A stretch of 7,244 nucleotides of DNA from Breznakia blatticola (GTDB lineage: Bacteria > Bacillota_I > Bacilli_A > Erysipelotrichales > Erysipelotrichaceae). Positions 1 through 6,180 of the stretch are shown piece by piece. Positions within the stretch are counted from its first letter, which is position 1. Every line of letters starts with the position of its first letter. A program made the translations under genes and the position numbers. Location: assembly GCF_004365815.1 (NCBI RefSeq), contig NZ_SODD01000067.1, forward strand, positions 1 to 7,244. Direction: 5' to 3'. The notes beneath the pieces are model-generated. The model was given only the letters and a program-made list of their open reading frames with translations. It searched no databases and was not told the DNA's origin.

Positions 1-201
1 GGAAGTTCCTTTGCGACAATGATTTTATTTATGGCATACAGTGTAAATGCAAACCAAATACTTAACATGGACTATGTTGCACTAGAGATAGCACAAGCAT
101 TAGCAGGAAGTATTGGGATTGTATTGACTGTACCATTTACATCATTGCTTGGTGCATATATCTTAAGTGCGAAAACAAAAAAGGTACCTGTGCAAGAATA
201 A
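1..201 (+). CDS. 3' end of an integral membrane protein gene (5'-truncated by window edge); possibly YibE/F-like
   Basis: Frame 1 is open from base 1 (GSSFATMILFMAY...) to TAA at 199-201. The translation is hydrophobic (ALAGSIGIVLTVPFTSLLGAYIL) and ends in a basic tail (KTKKVPVQE). The YibE/F resemblance is from memory only. A rho-independent terminator follows. Confidence 0.6.
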   Translation, partial: GSSFATMILFMAYSVNANQILNMDYVALEIAQALAGSIGIVLTVPFTSLLGAYILSAKTKKVPVQE

Positions 202-229
202 AAATCATCGGGAAGAAATAAAATAAATC

Positions 230-266
230 GACCAAATGCAAGAAAATATGCACTTGGTCTTTTTTT
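230..266 (+). terminator. Intrinsic terminator of the upstream membrane-protein gene
   Basis: gaccaaatgca (230-240) pairs with tgcacttggtc (249-259): 10 bp plus one A/C mismatch, with an 8-nt loop, followed directly by T7 (260-266). It starts 29 nt after the stop codon. Confidence 0.85.
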
Positions 267-311
267 ATGTGTATCCTTAAAAAGTGAATATTACGCCTAT
301 TTTAAAGGCTT

Positions 312-325
312 TGTGAAAAATCACA
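312..325. promoter_or_regulatory. Perfect inverted repeat TGTGA-N4-TCACA, candidate operator upstream of the PTS operon
   Basis: tgtgaaaaatcaca has 5-bp perfect palindromic arms and lies ~75 nt upstream of the candidate -10. It matches the outer positions of the cre consensus TGWNANCGNTNWCA but has AA in place of the central CG. Confidence 0.35.
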
Positions 326-379
326 GGATATATTCATATGTATGAAATTGTGTATTTGTTCCCAAAGAATCGCAAAGTA

Positions 380-407
380 TTGTGCTTCAAAATTCCAATG
401 TTATGAT
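380..407 (+). promoter_or_regulatory. Candidate promoter of the PTS operon (weak -35, extended -10)
   Basis: TTGTGC (380-385), 16-nt spacer, then TGtTATGAT (399-407, a TGn-extended -10). It lies ~55 nt upstream of the EIICB start. It is the best sigma-A-like match in the 267-460 intergenic region but is not unique. Confidence 0.4.
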
Positions 408-460
408 GTGAGTGTATCAAGCAATATCAGTTACGATTGTTTTAAAAGGGGGTAAACGAT

Positions 461-2035
461 ATGATGCAAAAAATACAAAGATTTGGAGGAGCGATGTTCA
501 CGCCGGTACTGCTTTTCGCGTTTGCGGGAATCTGTATTGGAGTTGGTACATTGTTTACGACAGAAGCGATTATGGGTGGAATGGCAGCACCAACACACAT
601 ATGGTATCAGTGTTGGAATATCATTTTACAAGGAGGATGGACAGTATTTAACCAACTTCCATTACTATTTGCGGTAAGCTTACCAATTGGACTTGCTAAA
701 AAACAAAATGCACGTGCATGTATGGAAGCACTCGTATTATTTCTAACATTCCATTATTTCTTAAGTACAATTCTTGCGCAATGGGGTTCAACATTTGGTG
801 TAGACTTTAGCCAAGATGTAGGTGGAACTAGCGGATTAACGATGATCGCTAACATTAAAACATTAGATATGGGAATGATTGGTGCACTAATGATTTCTGG
901 AATCGTGATTTATATTCACAACCGTTTCTACGATACAAAACTTCCAGAATGGTTAGGAACATTTAATGGATCAACATTCGTTGTTATGATTGGTTTCTTT
1001 GTGATGATTCCAGTAGCAATAATATCTGCATGGTTATGGCCAATGGTTCAAGGTGCAATGACTGCATTCCAAGGATTTGTGGTTACAACAGGTAACTTTG
1101 GAGTTTGGGTATTTATTTTCTTAGAAAGATTACTGATTCCATTTGGGCTACACCACTTACTGTACTCACCATTCTTCTATGATAATGCAGTAGTTACTGG
1201 TGGTATGTATTCTGCTTGGGCAAACATGTTACCAACATTGGCAGCATCAAGCGAATCATTAAAATCACTTGCACCACAATTTGGATTCACACTTACAGGA
1301 ATGTCAAAGATGTTTGGTTGTCCAGGTATTGCTTTAGCATTCTATGCAACTGCAAAATCTGAAAAGAAAAAACGTGTACTTGGATTATTAATACCAATTA
1401 CCTTAACAGCTGTTATGTGTGGTGTTACTGAGCCGATTGAATTTACATTCTTGTTTATTGCACCTGCACTATATGTTGTGCACTGTATCTTAGCAGCAAC
1501 CCTTGCAACAGTGGCATATATGGCTGGAGTTGTTGGAATCTTCTCAGGAGGAGCAATTGAATGTGCTGCCTTAAACTGGATTCCATTAATGAGTTCACAC
1601 TGGTCAACGTATTTGATTCAATTTGCAATTGGAATTGCCTTTACAGGAATTTACTTCATTGTATTTAGAACATTGATTTTAAAATTTAACTTCGCAACAC
1701 CAGGAAGAGAAATTGATGAAGATGAAGATGTAAAATTCTACTCAAAGAAAGAATTCAGAGAGAAAAAAGGAATGCGCACTTCTTCAGGTAACGATTTGGC
1801 ATATGTTGAAATGATATTAGAAGGACTTGGTGGTGCGGAAAATATTGAAGATGTTACAAACTGTGTGACACGTCTTCGTGTCACCGTAAAAGATGAAACA
1901 ATTGTAAAAGACGATAAGTATTTCAAACAAATTGGAACACATGGATTAGCAGCGAAAGGAAAATCAATGCAAGTAATTATTGGGTTAACAGTTGCATCCG
2001 TTCGTGATGACTTTGAAAAATTACTAGCTGCATAA
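461..2035 (+). CDS. glvC: PTS alpha-glucoside/maltose-specific EIICB component (GlvC/MalP-like)
   Basis: 524-aa ORF. RBS AAAGGGGG (445-452) sits 8 nt before the ATG. The N-terminus MMQKIQRFGGAMFTPVLLFAFAGI, GGWTVFNQLPLLFA, FLERLLIPFGLHH, ITEPIEFTFLF and KFNFATPGRE are very close to B. subtilis GlvC as I recall it. The C-terminal EIIB domain carries the phosphorylatable Cys motif NCVTRLRV (Cys codon 1862-1864). EIIC comes first and EIIB second, as in the glucose/maltose PTS family. Confidence 0.93.
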   Translation: MMQKIQRFGGAMFTPVLLFAFAGICIGVGTLFTTEAIMGGMAAPTHIWYQCWNIILQGGWTVFNQLPLLFAVSLPIGLAKKQNARACMEALVLFLTFHYFLSTILAQWGSTFGVDFSQDVGGTSGLTMIANIKTLDMGMIGALMISGIVIYIHNRFYDTKLPEWLGTFNGSTFVVMIGFFVMIPVAIISAWLWPMVQGAMTAFQGFVVTTGNFGVWVFIFLERLLIPFGLHHLLYSPFFYDNAVVTGGMYSAWANMLPTLAASSESLKSLAPQFGFTLTGMSKMFGCPGIALAFYATAKSEKKKRVLGLLIPITLTAVMCGVTEPIEFTFLFIAPALYVVHCILAATLATVAYMAGVVGIFSGGAIECAALNWIPLMSSHWSTYLIQFAIGIAFTGIYFIVFRTLILKFNFATPGREIDEDEDVKFYSKKEFREKKGMRTSSGNDLAYVEMILEGLGGAENIEDVTNCVTRLRVTVKDETIVKDDKYFKQIGTHGLAAKGKSMQVIIGLTVASVRDDFEKLLAA

Positions 2036-2046
2036 GAAAGGACAAT

Positions 2047-2520
2047 ATGATGAAAACTAAAAAGTTAAAGAAATGGTATACGTTAGCACAAATACTTCTT
2101 TGTGTGACACCTATCATGTTCTATATTCAAGTTTCGTATAAATTGATTGGTTCGCAAATGGACTTGCAAGCATTGTTGCAACAAGATCCTGCGGTTGCTA
2201 TTTCCTTTTTAGTAGCAATCATCAATCCATTTGTAGCGTATCAACTACAGTATTTCAAAAAACAAATAGAGACAAAAGATACAAATATTGTGATCTTTAG
2301 TTTGATGATATTGATGGTAGCACAAATGCTACTAGGAAATATATTCTATGTTTGTGTATTAGGATTTCTAGCATTTCAAACATACCGTTTATATAAATCA
2401 TCTTGGACAAGAACACAAGTATTTGAAACGATACGACATGCATGGTCTTACATGATACCTAATGTTGCAATTATGGCACTTAGTATTCTATGTTTCTATG
2501 CATCTATGCAAATCATGTAG
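2047..2520 (+). CDS. Small polytopic membrane protein of unknown function (157 aa, ~4-5 predicted TM helices)
   Basis: The ORF starts 11 nt after the EIICB stop. GAAAGGA (2036-2042) precedes ATGATG, so the start could be 2047 or 2050. Its stop TAG (2518-2520) abuts the glvA RBS. Hydrophobic segments: WYTLAQILLCVTPIMFYIQV, AVAISFLVAIINPFVAYQL, IVIFSLMILMVAQMLLGNIFYVCVLGFLAF and MIPNVAIMALSILCFYASMQI, with a basic N-terminus (KTKKLKK). I recognise no family motif. Confidence 0.75.
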   Translation: MMKTKKLKKWYTLAQILLCVTPIMFYIQVSYKLIGSQMDLQALLQQDPAVAISFLVAIINPFVAYQLQYFKKQIETKDTNIVIFSLMILMVAQMLLGNIFYVCVLGFLAFQTYRLYKSSWTRTQVFETIRHAWSYMIPNVAIMALSILCFYASMQIM

Positions 2521-3863
<1,343 letters not shown>

Positions 3864-3864
<1 letters not shown>

Positions 3865-4334
3865 TGTTTTTTAAAAAGAAAAACAAAGAACTCTACGCGT
3901 TTGTGGATGGCGAAAGTGTAGAATTAGAGCATGTACCTGATGATGTGTTTTCACAAAAGATGATGGGTGATGGAATTGCAATACAACCGTCCAGTGGTTG
4001 TGTAGTTGCTCCATGTGATGCACGTATCACACTTGCTAATGATGAAAGCTCTCATGCAATTGGCTTTATTAACGCTGATGGTGTAGAGATGTTAATTCAT
4101 ATTGGACTTGATACCTTTGCATGCAAAAAGGATGTGTTTAAACGGCATGTGCATATTCAAGATCATGTTAAAGCTGGACAACCACTGATTAGTTTTGATT
4201 TAGCGTACTTTAAAGAACATGGACTTAAGGATATCATTATGTTAGTCATTGTCGATGATAATCAACATCAAGTTCAGAGATACTATTCAAAAGCAGTGAA
4301 AGCAAATGAAGATGTAATACTTGAATACAAGTAA
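3864..4334 (+). CDS. PTS EIIA component, glucose family (EIIA-Glc/Crr-like)
   Basis: 156-aa ORF. Motifs: VPDDVFSQKMMGDGIAIQP, the SHAIGF histidine (codon 4053-4055), and LIHIGLDT with the phospho-acceptor histidine (codon 4098-4100) 15 residues later, which is the classic EIIA-Glc His pair spacing. The ATG overlaps the glvA stop (TAATG, 3862-3866) and there is no separate SD, implying translational coupling. Confidence 0.9.
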
Positions 4335-4335
4335 G

Positions 4336-4366
4336 ATAAGTGCCAGCAATCGTTGGCACTTATTTT
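4336..4366 (+). terminator. Stem-loop after EIIA: weak/leaky intrinsic terminator or stabilising hairpin
   Basis: ataagtgcca (4336-4345) pairs perfectly with tggcacttat (4354-4363): 10 bp with an 8-nt loop. Only a short U tract follows (tttcgc), so termination is probably partial. Confidence 0.45.
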
Positions 4367-4423
4367 CGCAAGAGTAGACAAGTAAGTTTGAGTGGGGTAA
4401 AGTTAAGTTATAGAGGAAAGCAA

Positions 4424-5179
4424 ATGAAACTATTCGAACGAGTAAATGCGAATTACCAAAACTTAAATGAGAATGATTTATACATTTGGCAGATCATCTC
4501 AAAAAATCAAAAAGACTGTGTTCATGTCTCAATTGAGGAACTAGCAAAACGTTGTAATGTATCACGTACAACAATTTTACGATTTGCTAAGAAAATTGGA
4601 TGTAAAGGATACAGTGAATTTAAGGTGCTTCTTGCACAAGAATTAGTAAAAGAGCAAGAACATGCAGACCGCCAACAACAAGTGTTTCAAGCATATGCAA
4701 ATTACACAGGGTATTTAAAAACGGTGAACTTTAAACCGATTGTAGATGCTATTGCAAAGGCAAGAAATCTATATGTATTTAGTACAGGGAATGTACAAAG
4801 TAGTGTAGCAAAGGAATTAAAACGCTCATTTCTCAATGTAAAGAAACTATTTTTTCACATTGATGATCACATGGATAAAGATGCATTCTTACAAGTACTT
4901 CAGCCGACAGATCTAGTCTTAATCATTACGTATTCTGGGGAAACAATACGAATGCTAGAGTTTGCTAGACAACTAAAAATCAATAATATTCCAATGATTT
5001 CCATAAGTGTAAATAAAGATAATTCATTGACGCATATTGCAGAGCATTGCTTATTTGTAGAACCTGTAAATGTGGATAATCCTTGTGGTGCAAGATATGA
5101 ATCCTTAGTGAATTATTACATCCTTATCGATTATTTGTTGATGTGTTACATGCAAATGAAAGAAGGTGAGTGTCAATGA
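4424..5179 (+). CDS. RpiR/GlvR-family transcriptional regulator, paralog 1 (HTH_6 + SIS domain, SIS phosphate-binding motif intact)
   Basis: I place the start at ATG 4424, with RBS AGAGGAAAG at 4412-4420. The ORF-track GTG at 4340 lies inside the 4336-4363 hairpin and has no SD. The N-terminal HTH is VSIEELAKRCNVSRTTILRFAKKIGCKGYSEFK. The SIS part is LYVFSTGNVQ...LIITYSGET. It resembles B. subtilis GlvR (LNDNDF..., IFVYGSGNAQ, ISLSGET). Confidence 0.88.
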   Translation: MKLFERVNANYQNLNENDLYIWQIISKNQKDCVHVSIEELAKRCNVSRTTILRFAKKIGCKGYSEFKVLLAQELVKEQEHADRQQQVFQAYANYTGYLKTVNFKPIVDAIAKARNLYVFSTGNVQSSVAKELKRSFLNVKKLFFHIDDHMDKDAFLQVLQPTDLVLIITYSGETIRMLEFARQLKINNIPMISISVNKDNSLTHIAEHCLFVEPVNVDNPCGARYESLVNYYILIDYLLMCYMQMKEGECQ

Positions 5180-5943
5180 TTCGATTAGAAGAACTCGTTC
5201 GTCAAAAATATGAAGAACTCAATGAAACGGATTTATACATTTGGCAGTATATTTATCATCATAAACGTCAATGTAAAAAAATGAGTGTATTGGAACTTGC
5301 CCAAGTATGTAATTTATCGCATACAAGAATTTTGAGTTTTACCAAAAAACTAGGACTGGAAGGGTATAGTGAATTGAAGTTTCGCATCAAGATGGAACTA
5401 GATGATGAATCAAAATTTGATGTTGCAATCATTGATCAGTCCATTCAAGAATTAGAACGTACCATGTATCAATTGAAGGATATGGATTTACATGAATGTT
5501 TAGAGAAACTTGATAAAGCCAACCGAATATTTGTCTTTGCTACAGGAACTGTGCAGTATAATTTTGCAATGGAATTGAAACGAGAATTTGCATACCGTCA
5601 AAAAATCATTCATGTAATTGAAGGGGATCATGAATTAGACACCCTGCTTACGTATGTAGATGCACAAGATTTCTTCATTGTTGCATCATATCAAGGAAAT
5701 AACAGCACAATGATTAATCTATTAAAGTATTTAAATCGTATGCATATTCCTGTACTTGGTGTATGCCGTGATGGTGAAAGTTATCTTGAAAAACATGCAG
5801 ATTATGCAATCACCTTTACATCAAGTGATTTTCCAACTGGATATTACGATATTGAGTATAGCATTACAGGACATTTCTTCTTGATTTCCAATATGCTATT
5901 TCTACGGTATCTTGAATATAAGTCAAAGGAAGAACGTGTATAA
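5176..5943 (+). CDS. RpiR/GlvR-family transcriptional regulator, paralog 2 (HTH_6 + divergent SIS domain)
   Basis: ATG 5176 is preceded by AGAAGGTGA (5161-5169) and overlaps the paralog-1 stop (ATGA, 5176-5179). The track's GTG 5170 is an alternative only 2 codons upstream. The HTH is MSVLELAQVCNLSHTRILSFTKKLGLEGYSELK. The SIS region is IFVFATGTVQ...FIVASYQGNNST, where SGET is replaced. Confidence 0.88.
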   Translation: MIRLEELVRQKYEELNETDLYIWQYIYHHKRQCKKMSVLELAQVCNLSHTRILSFTKKLGLEGYSELKFRIKMELDDESKFDVAIIDQSIQELERTMYQLKDMDLHECLEKLDKANRIFVFATGTVQYNFAMELKREFAYRQKIIHVIEGDHELDTLLTYVDAQDFFIVASYQGNNSTMINLLKYLNRMHIPVLGVCRDGESYLEKHADYAITFTSSDFPTGYYDIEYSITGHFFLISNMLFLRYLEYKSKEERV

Positions 5944-5956
5944 GTTGAAATGTGTA

Positions 5957-5984
5957 TTGACAAAGTACTTTTGACCGATATAAT
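5957..5984 (+). promoter_or_regulatory. Near-consensus sigma-A-type promoter
   Basis: TTGACA (5957-5962), 16-nt spacer, TATAAT (5979-5984); both hexamers are perfect. It starts 14 nt after the paralog-2 stop. The predicted TSS is ~5990-5992. Confidence 0.7.
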
Positions 5985-6004
5985 GAAACTATAAAAAGAA
6001 AACG

Positions 6005-6029
6005 CTTTCACTCGCGGATAGAGTGAGAG
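6005..6029 (+). promoter_or_regulatory. 5' leader hairpin (or DNA inverted repeat TCACTC-N7-GAGTGA)
   Basis: ctttcactc (6005-6013) pairs with gagtgagag (6021-6029): 9 bp including one G-U, with loop gcggata. GAGTGAG is duplicated (6021-6027 and 6029-6035), which allows alternative registers. Confidence 0.45.
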
Positions 6030-6056
6030 AGTGAGTATGTTACTGAAACCAGGCAG

Positions 6057-6103
6057 ACTCAAATCATATAGAACTTTTTCTATGTGGTTTGAGTTTTCTT
6101 TTT
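6057..6103 (+). terminator. Strong intrinsic terminator inside the leader of the downstream gene (attenuator, and/or terminator of the regulator genes)
   Basis: actcaaatcatatag (6057-6071) pairs with ctatgtggtttgagt (6080-6094): 15 contiguous pairs including two G-U, with an 8-nt loop, followed by tttcttttt (6095-6103). It lies between the 5957 promoter and the ATG at 6181. The opposite strand has no T tract, so it works in the + direction only. Confidence 0.85.
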
Positions 6104-6180
6104 GTTTAGGGAGCTGGAGGTGAAAAGAAGGAAAACTAAGTAGAAATGCAAAATTGAATCGTGTAAGAAAAGGAGATATT

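Noticed and set aside
451-464. cre-like sequence GGTAAACGATATGA overlapping the EIICB RBS and start
   Set aside because: It keeps the central CG but misses two specified consensus positions (T1 and C13 of TGWNANCGNTNWCA). In AT-rich DNA that is within chance expectation. It is a possible CcpA roadblock site but is not supportable from sequence alone.
412-677. Out-of-frame + strand ORFs 412-651 and 483-677 overlapping the EIICB start
   Set aside because: The 461 frame gives an unmistakable GlvC-like N-terminus with a proper RBS. The alternative frames have no SD and no recognisable sequence.
4340-4423. GTG 4340 as start of the first RpiR regulator (ORF-track call, extra 28 aa MPAIVGTYFRKSRQ...)
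   Set aside because: The GTG sits inside the 4336-4363 stem and has no SD. ATG 4424 has AGAGGAAAG upstream and aligns with the N-termini of GlvR and of paralog 2.
5170-5175. GTG 5170 as start of the second regulator
   Set aside because: This GTG abuts the 3' end of the AGAAGGTGA Shine-Dalgarno (5161-5169), leaving no spacer. ATG 5176 has ideal spacing and forms the ATGA overlap with the upstream stop. The difference is only 2 codons, so the impact is low.
6019-6035. Cluster of TAG/GAG triplets (gaTAGaGTGAGaGAGtGAG) reminiscent of a TRAP-type binding array
   Set aside because: There are only 4-5 triplets, with irregular 1-3 nt spacers. TRAP sites have 9-11 triplets with 2-3 nt spacers. The pattern is better explained as the 3' arm of the leader hairpin and its duplication.
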